64,000 bases of DNA from assembly GCA_029953675.1 (NCBI GenBank), contig JAMWBK010000010.1, forward strand, positions 1,626,455 to 1,690,454, written 5' to 3'. Positions within the stretch are counted from its first letter, which is position 1, and each line of letters starts with the position of its first letter. Positions 24,409 through 36,964 of the stretch are shown here, piece after piece. The notes under the pieces were generated by a model, which was given only the letters and a program-made list of their open reading frames with translations, searched no databases and was not told the DNA's origin. Source of the DNA: Rhodosorus marinus CCMP1338. Taxonomy: Eukaryota > Plantae > Rhodophyta. The translations under genes and the position numbers were made by a program.

Positions 24409-24728
24409 AATGTTCTCCTAGGATTGAATATTTTTGGTGGGGCTCTTTTTTGAGAGGCGAAGGTTTCGCTCCAAATCAAGTTTTTAATAATAATCTGGCA
24501 TTGACGTATCTCCGTTGCCTGAGGAGATGCCCCATTCTATGTCAATGCTTTCTGCACCAAATGTAAGTTTTAGCGCTTCTTAAATTGCTCCCATAGCACG
24601 CAGTACGGATCGAGCAGGGGAGGGTGGGCGAGGAGATGCGTACGGTGGCTCGGGGTGCTTGCAGTAGTGGACATTGTTGTGTAATCGAAAATCTGTGCGT
24701 ACGATCGTAGACAGATTTCTTGGCAGAT

Positions 24729-25459
24729 ATGAATGCTTTCGTTGGGAGCTTTGCGCCGTCGCGGCTCACGCGCACCACTTTCGCCGGTGCTAGATTGTCA
24801 GGAGCACCAGTCAGAAGCGCTGCTCGTGTAACGATGCAGGCTAAGTCTAAGAGTGTACCTTTCATGGATTGTCCCAAGGCGCTGGATGGATCCATGGTTG
24901 GCGATGTTGGATTTGATCCACTCAACTTCAGCGCATACCTGCCGCTCAGCTGGCTGAGGGAAGCGGAGATTAAGCATTGCAGAATCTGCATGCTTGCTGC
25001 GCTTGGATGGATCACGACGGAATTCTATACCTTCCCTTTCTATGCGGGTGCACCGAAGCTGCCGACTGACGCACATGGTATGTATTCTTCGTGAGCACCA
25101 CGAATGCTTTGAAGTTGTCTCTGCTTCTGTTTGACACCTCTTTTCTGCTCCACACAGACTACTTCACGAAGACCGCACTGGCGCAGGTCCTGCTTTTTGT
25201 GTGTGTGTGGGAAATCTTAACGACCCCCGCTGTCATTCAGATGGTCACTGGCAAGTCTGACCGCAAACCAGGGTACTTCGGATTCGACCCTCTGAATTTG
25301 ACCTCGAAATGGGACCGCTCGAAGCTGGACAAGTACCAGCTTTCGGAACTGAAGAATGGCCGACTCGCGATGATTGCTATTGGAGGCCTTGTCCACCAGG
25401 CGTGGCTCACCAAGTTGCCTGCCATCGCTCAGATTCAGGCTGGCAAGTTTTTCCCTTAA
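24729..25459 (+). CDS. Lhcr: Red-algal-type light-harvesting chlorophyll a-binding protein (Lhcr); 2 exons (intron 25078-25157)
   Basis: GDVGFDPLNF, WLREAEIKHCRICMLA, PGYFGFDPL and ELKNGRLAMIAIGG motifs, with N-terminal transit peptide MNAFVGSF. Confidence 0.95.
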
Positions 25460-25982
25460 TCAGTAGTTGTTAGATTTCTGTGGGACGTCGGGTGGTGAGT
25501 CAAAAAAATTGCAGTAAAAGTTGAACAACCCCGCGATATTTCTGTATGCCGGAATACATTGATCACGCTTAGTTGGGACAGAAACTCTTGAGAATGTCCG
25601 CTTTGTGCCTGTGCTCCAGGGAGCAGATGCGTATCCCAGTTTCCTCGCCGACATTGTTTTCCAATTTCATGGACCTTGTGGAATATTTTGGTAGCATTGT
25701 ATATGGCTGAGACAGAAGAACTATCATAGAAGCAGCGCTGAGAACTCCCGCATACTCCTTGTGAAAGATCAGTAAGACTACTACTACTAATATATTGTTT
25801 GCTCGTGGTTAAAAAAAACTTTATACACGTCCGCTATCGAGCTTCAAGCTAGTACAGTTCACGTCATCTCACTGAAGATAAACGGGGTCCCTCTGTGCTT
25901 CTCGCAACGGCAGATACGTTCTTCCGCTTGTTTCGAGAGGCTCTCTTCTAGTAACTGTTGCTGTTGGGAGCACTCGAACCAA

Positions 25983-26460
25983 TCAAATTTTTGCTACTTT
26001 TGCGGCTTTCACGATTGGGTTGAGTTTTCGCAGCAGGTCCTTGTTCATCGCTTTGTAATCAAACTCACATTCATGCAGCTCTGCGTGACGGTGATTTGCA
26101 CAGTAGTAGTAACCACAGCGACACTTAAAAGTGGTCAGCCCGATTCTTCTGCGGCATGTGAAACACCTGTGCGTCAATTTCTGTGCTTTTCTCTCAGATA
26201 TTGAAGTCTTGGCGCTGGAGTCAGAATCTTCCCTGCGCCGTTTCAAATCTTTCAAAACTTCAACGATGCACTGAATGTTCTCCACACCGTCCTGAAGCTT
26301 CGGCTCCTCCTTTCTATGCGTTTCAGTTCCAGCTTTCGATACACTTGTTTTCTCAGTAGAATCTCGATTTACAGTCGGTTCAGTTTCGCTTTCTCTCTCC
26401 AGGTGCGCCCTGTAGCATTGAGGGCACATGCTCAAGTTCTCCGACGATCTACGGGGTAAA
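25983..26460 (-). CDS. A20/AN1 zinc-finger (stress-associated protein family); 5' exon(s) not resolved
   Basis: SMCPQCY (A20 second half) and RCFTCRRRIGLTTFKCRCGYYYCANHRHAELHECEFDY (AN1), with a possible acceptor near 26452. Confidence 0.9.
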
Positions 26461-28199
26461 CAAAATAATAGAATGCTCAGTCAAGAAGAACCGTTGCTCT
26501 CGGTCCGTCCATCAATCGCCGCGCGTTCCAGTGCAGAGTTTAAAAGTCAAAAAATTCTTCAATTAGCAGCCTTCGAATATAGCATACCCCATAAATCCAC
26601 ATCCAGTAACACAAGGTTGAGGAACAGAAGAGTCTCTGTTGCAACCTGACATGTTGCAAACGCTTCCCCTTCGCACTATGCTTCTCTTTGCAGAGGACTG
26701 CCAGAGACGCTGGTCTTCACTCTCGTCGGGGACCACGCCAAAGTTTCTCGGTGAACTCTAAGTGTTCCGCAAAGTTTCTACTTTATACGCTTGTATTTTA
26801 TTTACGCGGAGCTTAGACACCTCAGAATAGCACAGTGCATGGGTTGTTACTAAAGTACACCAATCCTAGAGCCCCCGCGCACAAACTCAGCTGAGCCCCA
26901 CAACCTAGTCAGCGAAACACCTCTTAAGCTCCCCCCCGGATGCCCCTTCTCACCTCGACACCGAGTGTGAGGAGACAGCCCACTGCGTTAAGCGAGACTT
27001 TTTAACCTCCACAAGACAAGAACAGACTTGCCTCTGGCTTGGCCATGCGGCCGGAAAGAATTCTCATTCGATAGGTGCCCAGAAAATTATGAAATATTGC
27101 TAGTGTGCGTGTCGAATTCTAAGAGGTCGCCGACAGCTATTGCTGGAGATGACACACGGAATATTCCAAAAGAAAGATTTTTGCCCTTATTTTGAGCCTT
27201 GGTATTCCTGATTTTCAGTGTCGTCCAGCAAAAACACGCAAAAACCCAGACTAGCGCAAACGGGGTTTTCTATTTGAAGTACTGACAAGCGCCTTGTAAA
27301 TATGCAGAGACCAACCGAAAACTGTTTAGAAAAAAACGCTCTCTTCGCTCTCGCGCTGTGCGCTCAGAAGTACTCGTGTAGCGTGTACTAGGCTTCTAAA
27401 AGCTGTGCTTTGATAGCGCGCGAGAAAATCGACGCTCTTATTTAATCATTTTTGCTTTTCGTTTGAACCCGGAACAGCAAAATTTAGCGCTCATTTTCCA
27501 ATTTTAAGGGAAGCTGCGTGTTTCTTGAACTCGTGGGCCAGGATGATTTGACAGCTCAGAGCCTTCGTATACTGATTAAATTGGTTCCGTCGTCTGGGAT
27601 GGCGGTGGGGTTCCATCGCGCCAGCCAACAGCTTGGAATTGTGCATCTTATTGTTCTCGATACATTCAATCTTTTCTGATTACTTTAGGACCAGCGAAGT
27701 TCGGGCGACTTGCGCCAATATATATACCCCGCGCATGAGAGCACGCGGCTGCGGTGTAGAAATGGAGCACCATTTCTACACCACAGGGACGATTTTGTGG
27801 AAAGCTACTGGTCGCTGGACTTCTGGGTTTGGAGACATAGATATTAAATGAAACTAGTTTTTTGGAAGACGCATCTAGATAAATTCAGAGGCACGCTGTT
27901 CCTTAAAAATGATGAACGCAAGGAAGTGAAGTATGGGCTGGAGTACTTCAAGGTTCGGTGTCACGGAGATATCAGTTTCTTGTGACCTTTTGCACTACGA
28001 ACCCGCGGTCAAAGTAAACTTCAGGGCGCGAGCAATGATTTGTTAAACAAGTAGCTGCAGTTTCGATTCGCTATTTTGCACTTGTTGCAAGAGTCCCCTA
28101 CTATGCCTGCGTTGCTCGCCCGTAACTGTGTCCTTTGCTGGGCAACTGCCTAATGCAGCGCAAACACTATTTCGATCACTATCTAGGGAAAAGGCCGGG

Positions 28200-31100
28200 C
28201 TTAAACCCACACCCCGGGATCTCTAGCTACGATAAAATATCCCCAGAAAAAACGGAATCAGCTCAAGGTCCCACTGATCCACACGAAGAGCTGCTAATGC
28301 AAGCTCTGCGTTCCCTTCCCTAAGCGTCTTGTTTATCTAAGCGCGTACATTGCTAAGCTCATCGATCTTTGTCAGCTTATGAGTGTATCCATCGCACAGG
28401 AACTCCTGCGTTATCTCTCCCCCGTCCAAATGTCTAGATCGCGATCGGTATGAATGTCGGTATCGTCCGGGTGCTCAATCGCCATTGCGTCCTTGCAATG
28501 TGTAAGTTTTCAGCACTCAGTGTGCTTGGTTGCAAGTCCGTTTGTTTCTCGGCTCCTTGGAAGCTGTCTGGGCTGTAGCGGCGAGACCACGGCACACCAA
28601 TTGCGAATCTCTGTGACGTTCTTGTGGATGGCCACCAGCTCGGGGCCTAGATTGTAGTTCTCAAGGCAGTTTGTTGGTTCTTGTTCGACCTCCCGGAATT
28701 ACCATCGGATAAGCCACTGCGCCACCTCTGGCATATTGTATTTGGTGTCATCTTTGCCGCAGTCCGCTCGATGTCTGACAGCGGTGGATTCTTTGTACAC
28801 CGTTCGTAAGGCGTTTACTACTATTGCCCGTATTTCAGCGTCCGCAGTCGCGGAGTCGGGAGCCCCAAAAGTTCCGCATTCCCGGTCCGCTCAATTTTCT
28901 CCGTCCAAGGTGAGGAAAACCTTGTGTACAAACCTACGGGGGAGCGGATTCGGGCCCTATTTTCGTTGGTAAATTTGAGGCATTAAAGCGTGCGCCGAGA
29001 TGGAGGCGGCAGAGAACACTCTGTTGATCAGCGTTCTAATCTGAGTGTAAGGTCCCCGAATGAGGCATTCTAGGAAGTGCGTTGAGAGCGCGCCTCCAAA
29101 ACTAGTCCAGCACTACAGAGTATTTGATTGTGCACAGTTCTGTTGAACATTGCTGGCGTCGGGGTTTGCCTGTCGTTGTCGGGATTGAAGCTTCCAGGGT
29201 GCGTTGTTCGCAATTGCGCTAAAGGTAGGACCAATGCCCTTGATTGCTTTGGAAAGTATTGACCCGTCCAGTGTAGAATGCAATCAATAGGTTGGGTTCG
29301 TCGTCTCTTTCCAAATCCCAGGCCGCCCCATCTGCATGGGAGTACCACTCGTTTCCAAGGCGGTTGAGTGCCATTCCGGTCCTCAGCAGTTGTTTGGAAA
29401 CAACACAGCAGCCTTTCTAGATGTAGCCTCACCAACGAGTCCGCTTCGCGTGCCAGTGTGCGTCCAAATTGAAACGCCAGCGTTCGCTGTGTATAGTCTG
29501 GGCGAGTTTCAGAGCAAAAGCGGAACAGGGCAGTTGCGCGCTCAGTTCCTGGTGGGAGAAGATGTGCAATCTCCTCGAAGAGTTTGGTTTGTGTCCCAAT
29601 CGGGTTGGAGTGAATTGTCAGCCTTCTCTTGAAATTTCCACGTCTGCCATATCTCGGGTGACCAGTCTCGGGAATCCAGGTGATACCTGAGTAGTGAGAA
29701 CCCCCACTTCTGAGGTTGCAGTTGGGCTCCGATGGTCGGTAGAGTCCTCTGGCTCCAGATTAGAATTGGGGCTTAGGGCTAAGGCATGTAGGCCGGGTTT
29801 AAGAGGGTTCCCCTTGTACCCCGGTGGTGGCCTGCAGGCGTAGGCGGGCTTTACCCTCCTCTTTCCGCGGTAATCTTGGCTATAGTTGCCAGGACATGGC
29901 TATTGTTCGCATCTGCCCGAAGAGCTCGCGTAATAAACTCCTCCGCCTTTGCGACGTTCTCAGTTCTGTATTCCAAAAGTCCGAGCGCATGATAAGTTGC
30001 CGCGTTGTGAGGGTCAACCTTAATGCCTCGCGAAAAGTTACCTTCCGTGTCTTTTTGACACTAGCCAAAGAGCGTAGGGGATTCTTCACAGTGGTTGCAT
30101 ACCCCCGCCGGTAGACGGCTCCAGTTCCGGATAGTGGTGGTCGACGAGTTGCTTATCGATGCGACAATCGATCTGGTTGAACACGTTGGCCAGGTCCAGC
30201 CTGCGTACTGCCGATTCTGGTTCACAGAACAGATGAGCTTGGATGACATGCATTGACTTGTCGCATGCGCCACTTACTGCAAGTTGGAGCGGTACTAGTA
30301 CTCTCGGAGTCACTATGTATCCGAACTGAAGACCTACCGTGCGCCAGCTTCCGGTGGACCTCTGGGACTCCGATCGGGCGAACTGCAGGCCTCACTGGTG
30401 GTGGGCTGGTGGTAGAAGGCTTGACGAATGGCAGTAGCGACTGCTGCGCAAGGCCCTAGTGAGGACTTCCGGAAATCGCTCTGGTGCGGTTGAAAGTTGG
30501 GTTATGAAGCGTACGAGGTGTCGTTGTACCTGACCGTTGAGCGCCCATGGGTATTTTTAACGGAGCCCATTGGACCCGAGGCTCTTGGCCTTAGGCGGGC
30601 GTGCCAGATTGCGAGGAGGCCCTCGTCAACAGCTTCGCCAGCCCACCACCTGCCTCTGAGCTTGCCGTGCCTCCGGTTAGTAAGGTTCTTAGGTTCTGCG
30701 TGAGGGGCTCCGATAGCGGGATCTCCTCAGGGTCCGGGAGCAGATCTTCGAGCTGGTACCATGTATCAGAGTTTGGGTTGCCAGTTCCGAGGCCATGAAC
30801 CCGTGTGCTGCGTCAGAGCGTCCGCCCAGGTGCGCGAGCTTCAGGGCTTGTTTCCGGCGCAAGCGTACTTGGTGCATGGAAGTGTCTAGATCCTGGGTCT
30901 GTGCAGCGGGCTTCGGCCGCGCCGCATGTTCCTCTGAGACCGTACAAACCGTATGGAATTACCGTAACCTCGTGGAATTCTGTACTGCGAGAGCACCTGT
31001 CCCGTTCGGCTCGTTCTGAACGCCCGACGAAGGCTTTAACTCGATAAGATCCTCCAGACAATTCCAACTAGGGAGCGAGGTCCGGACACAGATTCGGATA

Positions 31101-31200
31101 GTCTGGGGTACTTCAGAACGCCCTGAATTCTGCTATCTCTACCCTTACTGAAGTGAACCATGCAAGCCCTCTGTTCGGGCCGCGCGGTCAAAGCCCTCTT
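28200..31200 (-). mobile_element. Degenerate, internally deleted family A REL non-LTR retrotransposon
   Basis: Fragments are collinear with ORF2 at 54221-57034 (KQALKLAHLG, RPIGVPEV, LPCRWGGLGFG, RPELVAIHKNVT-like REL end). The RT core is partly missing. Confidence 0.85.
29853..30036 (-). other. 184-bp copy of a coding segment of the neighbouring HCF107-like gene embedded in the retroelement
   Basis: Matches 32685-32868 in the same orientation, with 2 mismatches seen. Confidence 0.92.
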
Positions 31201-31209
31201 TCTAGGCTT

Positions 31210-31253
31210 TAGAGCTAATTGACCCAGACTAACGTAACCCTAGAGCTAATTGA
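31210..31253 (-). mobile_element. 18-nt micro-insertion of the family A terminal motif with a 13-bp target-site duplication
   Basis: TAGAGCTAATTGA-CCCAGACTAACGTAACCC-TAGAGCTAATTGA. Confidence 0.85.
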
Positions 31254-31476
31254 GCATGTCCGCATACGCGAATAATTCACTCAAGAAGGCGCTGGGAGGT
31301 CGTTCGTTCGGGCCCAGCTAACAAAAGTTAAGGCCAGAAGCGCATCCCTTAGTTCCTTAAATCCAAATCAAATTCGTACTATAAATACTAACTACAGAGC
31401 TGCACAACACAGGTGCAGCAAAGGGTCTCTAATATCTATATACCTACGGGAGCGAATATTGGAAAGTAGCCACGCA

Positions 31477-33591
31477 CTAATCAATCAATCCAAGATCAAG
31501 GCGAGTCTGCGGTGCACGGAAGTCGATGAGATCAACTGAGAATTCCTCTGCTTCGTCTTCGTCTTTGTATTCGTCAACATCCTCATCTTCGGAGGTCTCC
31601 CCCTGACTTTGTCGTTGGATCGGAATGGCTCGAACAGGCTTTTCACTCAAAATTCTTTGCTCTCTCGATGTTGCCTCGTCTCTGTTGCGCAGTGTTCTCT
31701 TCTTCCTCTTTTCTATGCTCACCCTTAGGTCCTGTTCCGTTGTCCATAACCCTGTGGATGCGAAGTCCCCAGATTGGGGCTCTCCAAGCATAACGCGGTT
31801 GTCACTAATGAGTGCCGCCTCAATCGAACGCTGAAAGATTATCTCCGCTCGCGAGGTCTCTCCATACTTGCTCTCGCATGCTTCGTAGCTCCTCCATATA
31901 AGCGGGTTCGAAGGCTCCCTCTGGACAGCTTCCTCAAACAGCTTCCGGCTTTTGAGCATACTCCCAGCCTCAGCCTCAACTCGACCCCAGGCGCAGAAAA
32001 TCCTTGTTGAGTGAGGGTTGGCTTCGAGTCCATATCTGGAGAGCGACAATACAATTGAGGTCTCAGCTTACGGCTACCTCCGCGAATCTGAAACTGGACC
32101 CAAGGCATTTCACAAGCCGACTCACCGAAAGTACGTTTTTGCCCGCTCTATCTCTCCAATCTGTCTTTCGTAAGCTCCCCATGCATGCCATATCCTGTCA
32201 ACAAATTTTGACTTGGGGTTTGCCCATACACCTTGTTGAAACAACTCTCGAGCTACATCTGTATTCTCAAGTCTTGCCTCCATCAAGCCCCATGCTTGCC
32301 AAAGCGGGCAATGCTTTGGTTGTTCCCGTAGTCCTTCTTCAAAGTGACCACGCGCTGCTTCATAGTCTCCCTAAATAAATAGTGTTCCGTAAAACACGTC
32401 GAGAGTGAGTTTATCAAAAGTTGTAGTTCGCAGACGCGAGCGCAGGAGAGGGGATTCGTTCTGCACTACAAAGCAAAAAGCTACCCAAACGCATTCTTGG
32501 GTCTCATCCAGGCAGCACATTTGTTGCGAAAACATGCGCGGTTAGCCGGCCCAGTGATGCCAAGTCTGATTCTGGTGAGCGCAACCTACCTCTTTGATTG
32601 CAAGCATTCCTAGCATCTGGTGAATTACCGCGTCCCTCGGACCTCGGGAACGGCCACGAAGCAGGAGAGATCGCGCTCTGCGCGACCCTCCTCTTTCCGC
32701 GGTAATCTTGGCTATAGTTGCCAGGACATGGCTATTGTTCGCATTTGCCCGAAGAGCTCGCGTAATAAACTCCTCCGCCTTTGCGACGTTCTCAGTTCTG
32801 TATTCCAAAAGTCCGAGCGCATGATAAGTTGCCGCGTTGTGAGGGTTAACCTTAATGCCTCGCGAAAAATACTTGCGAGCCAGTTCTGTGTTGCCATGTG
32901 CATATTCAAGTTCACCCCAAACGTGCCACAAGTAATAGTTTCGGGAATCCGCCTCCGTTCCAGTCCTAAAGCACTGTCTCGCGCTGTCAACGTCGTTGTC
33001 TCGACTCTGATAAAAGAGACCCAACGCAACCCATGAAGCAGCATGCGCTGGGTTAGCTTCACAGGCTTGCAGATACAGGCTCTTAGCTCGGGAGTAGTTT
33101 CCAGTACGCTCTTCTAGTACTCCCCAAGCCTGAAGTAGATGAGAATTTCTCCTGCAGAACTGCAAGGCATTTGCAAAAATCTTCCTAGCCTCAGAAAACC
33201 GTTCCAGGCGCATTTCAAGACGAGCCAGCCCCATCCATCCTCTTCCATCATAGGGTCGCAGTTTTATACACTTAACGTACAGTTCTTTGGCCAGGTCGTG
33301 ATTCGATTGCCTTTGAGCGTTTCTTGCCCAGTAAAAAACCAAGTCAACATTAATCTTTAGGACCTGGCCAGGATGCAGGTCTGGACTGTCTCCTCCCTCC
33401 GTTACGAGGTAATAATCCTGCGCCACTTCCTCGAGGTGTTTCCTATTCAGACCGAACAAAACCTCCCCATCGTTCCTCTCAAAAACAAACCTTGCAACCC
33501 GTATCCGTTTATCTCTGGCCGAACAGCAGCGCAATGTTTCGCTCGGCACCGTCGAGACGGATCCTGAAACATTAACGAAGGAACCATGCAT
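31477..33591 (-). CDS. HAT/TPR-repeat RNA-binding protein, HCF107/Mbb1-like; multi-exon
   Basis: Repeated half-a-TPR units (RPYDGRGWMGLARLE, NSHLLQAWGVLEERTGN, NYYLWHVWGELE, HSTRIFCAWGRVE) and an acidic tail. Confidence 0.75.
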
Positions 33592-35369
33592 GCCTGAATT
33601 ACCCTTGAATAACCTTCACAGGCATGTCATAAAGAGCTCCTCATTCCACGCAGAAGGTTCCAGCTAATCATCCTGCTACCGCCTTCAACAGGATTGCTCC
33701 TTAAGAAAATTCTCCCTCACCGTAGTCTTGTGACCCCGCAGTCTTGCGCCCGCGCCCTGCATTGCTCAAAGCAGACAAGTGAACCATCGGAATGGACAAA
33801 GGAAGCAGGTCGCATCTTGCGGTGGTCAACCGAGATGATCATCGTTTTTCAATTGTTTTTCGTATGTTCACGATCACTGGCTCTGACCAGCACGAAACGA
33901 GGAAAACGTGGTTTGTTTATGACTTAAATTTCTTAATACAGGCTTGATCAATCATTTTCGATCGAACTTGTCATTAATGGCTGATGGTGCCGTATTTGGT
34001 GCTTCAGTTTTCACAAAACAGTGTACTGTCGAAGCACCGCAGAAACGGAAGGAGTCGAACCGGGATTGCGAGAAAGCTCTTTGAAATGGGTGCACTTCTG
34101 CTACATGGTACAGGTCAAGGACGTTTTGTTGTCAGTCTGAACCACGACATCCAGGCAGTTTAGTATTCTGAGCTACTTGAAGACGCTGGCGAAACCGCAG
34201 GGGAAAAGCAGCTACTGCCTCTAGGTCTTCTCCCTGGTGTGCAATATCTAAGCTAATTGGCTATGCTCCACAACGCAAATCGTCCCGTTACCTGTTAGGG
34301 CACACTACTTCAAGGATTCTCCAGAAAAGCTAATATCCTCCTCTGCTAGTCCAAAAGCTTTTCCTGAAGGAACTGACCTTCTTGCATCGTCATCCTCTCA
34401 TTCCCCGGCTTCCGTTGAACAACGGCATCATGAAATCAGTCTTCCAAAGAATATGCTTAATAAACAAGAGTCCTCAATGGACATGCTCCGCATTATTGCC
34501 GTCATCTTGAATCCCGTAAATCTTATATGCTTTAGGCCTGCAACGATAAAAATTACCTACCAACCATCTTCACTCATGTGCTCGTCATGATCACCAAACC
34601 GTCTGCACAGTCTTGCCCTGCTACGAGCACTATCGAGAGGCCTATGCAGAAATTAGAACGCTACACCAAAATTACAACATATCGTAGAAAATAAGTTCCT
34701 CATAAAACTTGGGATAAAAGTGTTCGAATCAGTTACGCTCCAAATCAAAGGTTTAAGCTACACACACTCAAACAGAGAATAATTGAATGAATTGGTTTAA
34801 TAGGGGTTTAGGACAAGTTGGTAAACCCTCGAAAAACAGAGTTTAGGAATGGGTTGTGCAATATCGCCAATGGCCCACGTATTAAAATGCACCTGTTTTC
34901 GGTGGTAAGGGGGGGGTTCTTGAGTTTTTCAAAATCGCACCTGAGGGGAGCGCCGCAGACCACGAACAACCGTGAGGGAAGCTTGGGCGATTGGAAAACA
35001 GTCCGTTGACAGGATGGGGAAGCAGTTCTGCGGAGGTGGTGAAGCATCTATAGAAGCTTCTACATAGCCTTAGCACCTCCCACTCCGCTTGCAGTCCTAA
35101 ACCTGAGGGTTTCGGCAGTAATTCGAACTGGCTTTATTAGCCGAACAGGACAAGGGATCCACATGGTATGGATAGAAGGGCTACTCAAGTAGCTCGACTC
35201 GGGCTTTGGAGCATTCCCCAGATTGCGGATGAGTAAATATTTCTTGCAGGAAGTGAGATCATCGTTCTTTTCACAAGAGCATTGGAAGGCCGAGGGGGAG
35301 TCATGAAATATAAGCTGAGGTAGCAAGTCCTAGCTTGTGAACGTCCCGTCTTTGGGGAGCCCGCATTTT

Positions 35370-35584
35370 ACTGGTTTTTACTAGCATAACCTGAAGCGCT
35401 ACGCAAAACTTGCAAAGGAACTATGAACTAGGGAGGGAAGCGTGCAAACCCAGACGCCGATGGTGCGCCTCGGCAAGCATGCTGCTAGAATATCGCCACA
35501 GGGCGACACTAGTACGTCTTAAGAGTCCCTAAGTATTCAGTAGGATGCTCAGCGAAACATTTCCGCAACCACTTCAAACCCGAT
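35370..35584 (-). mobile_element. 5'-truncated 3' end of a family B element
   Basis: Reverse complement of about 48900-49100, ending in a GCTAGTAAAAACCAGTAAA tail variant. Confidence 0.85.
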
Positions 35585-35589
35585 CGGGA

Positions 35590-36470
35590 TTGTCGCTCCC
35601 GGGTGTACGAACACTTAGTACGTGTACGATCTGTTCACAACCACATGACGCTGCAGGGATTCAACGCCTCCATCCATCACGTTTATTCGCCTCCATCACT
35701 GCACCAGCTCTACAGAGAGCTGGACACTTCGGCACAACATGGTCAGGGACGCACTGGCGACACTGCTGAGACAATGGCGACGAGAAGTGACAGTAGACCT
35801 GACTGGACACTACCAAGGCAGTCGGCTCCGCCGTGACATCCTAGCTCGACACCCACGAACCGGCAAGCTCTGCGTGATCGATGTGAAGGTGACCTCGCCG
35901 CTGCAAAGAACACACCTACACAAAGCGTCTTGGGAGACCGAGTATGCGGTCACAAAGCGGAAAAATTTAAAGAGTCCAAATACTGTGCCAGTATCGGGGA
36001 ACACGATGACGACGTCTTCGTACTCATCTGTCTGGAAACATTTGGGCAGATGGGAAAACAAGGCAGTGAGCTCATGAAGGAAGTGACTGTACACCTGGAT
36101 AAGCGGGAAACGCAGGTGAGTGATGCTCGGGCGATCTTGAACCGCACTCTGTGGAAAGGAAACGCTATCCTGGCCACCCAGGCACGTCGTGTCGACGAGG
36201 CAGACTATGAAATCGTCCCTATCTATGAATGTGGCCACACAACACATTAAGGGTTTCTTTGCTGACCAATAGAATCCTTATTCCTTCTTAATGGGCTCCA
36301 ATAGGGAGCTCTTCAGTAAAGTGTACACGGTTATCTTCCCTAGATAGTGATAGAACTAGTGTTGCGCTGCATTAGGCAGTTGCCCAGTAAAGTCTACAGT
36401 TACGGTTACGTTAGTCTGGGGTATAGTCTGGGGAATTTGACGTTAGTCTGGAGTAGTCTGGGTTGACGGT
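35590..36470 (+). mobile_element. 5'-truncated family A-type element (REL domain, 3' UTR and reiterated TAGTCTGGG tail)
   Basis: RDILARHPRTGKLCVIDVKVTSPLQ...CLETFG. The 3' UTR aligns with the minus strand of 53860-53930, then GTTACGTTAGTCTGGGG and variants follow. Confidence 0.85.
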
Positions 36471-36964
36471 TAAGGGGGCTAACAAGCACAAAGAGAAGGC
36501 GAGGTTTTAGTAAGGAAAGCTTCATGATCGAGAAGAAGATGCTGGGACCGTACCCAGAACCTCCACGCCACCCGGGCACCAACGGCCCTGGCTCAGGCGA
36601 AGAGGGGATGGCGACACCGAATCGGAGTCGGAGGCCAGAACCGTGCGGCAGGACCACAAGCACCCAGGATTTAGGAGCAGCGAACACCCAGGAGGCTTAC
36701 AGGATGGAGACTCAAGAGGTAACTGGACCTGCGGCAGCCTTTTTGCACCAACTTCGCGCCTTCGACCGGCGCTATCAGGACTTGGGAATTGGTGAAGCAA
36801 TTACCGCGCAGTTCTACCAGGCTGTATTCAAACTCTACTCACGGATTAACAGCACCACTGAACTCGAAGGAATTACCGGACGGGTCTGCGAGCTTTCAGC
36901 AAAACCTTATATGTGGCACGGTGGAGCCGCAGCACTGAACCCCTCCCAACTCCTGCAAGATCAC

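Noticed and set aside
31223-31240. Motif as an interstitial telomere repeat
   Set aside because: It contains only one GGGTTA-like hexamer and no tandem telomeric array is present in the window. A link to telomere sequence cannot be shown here.
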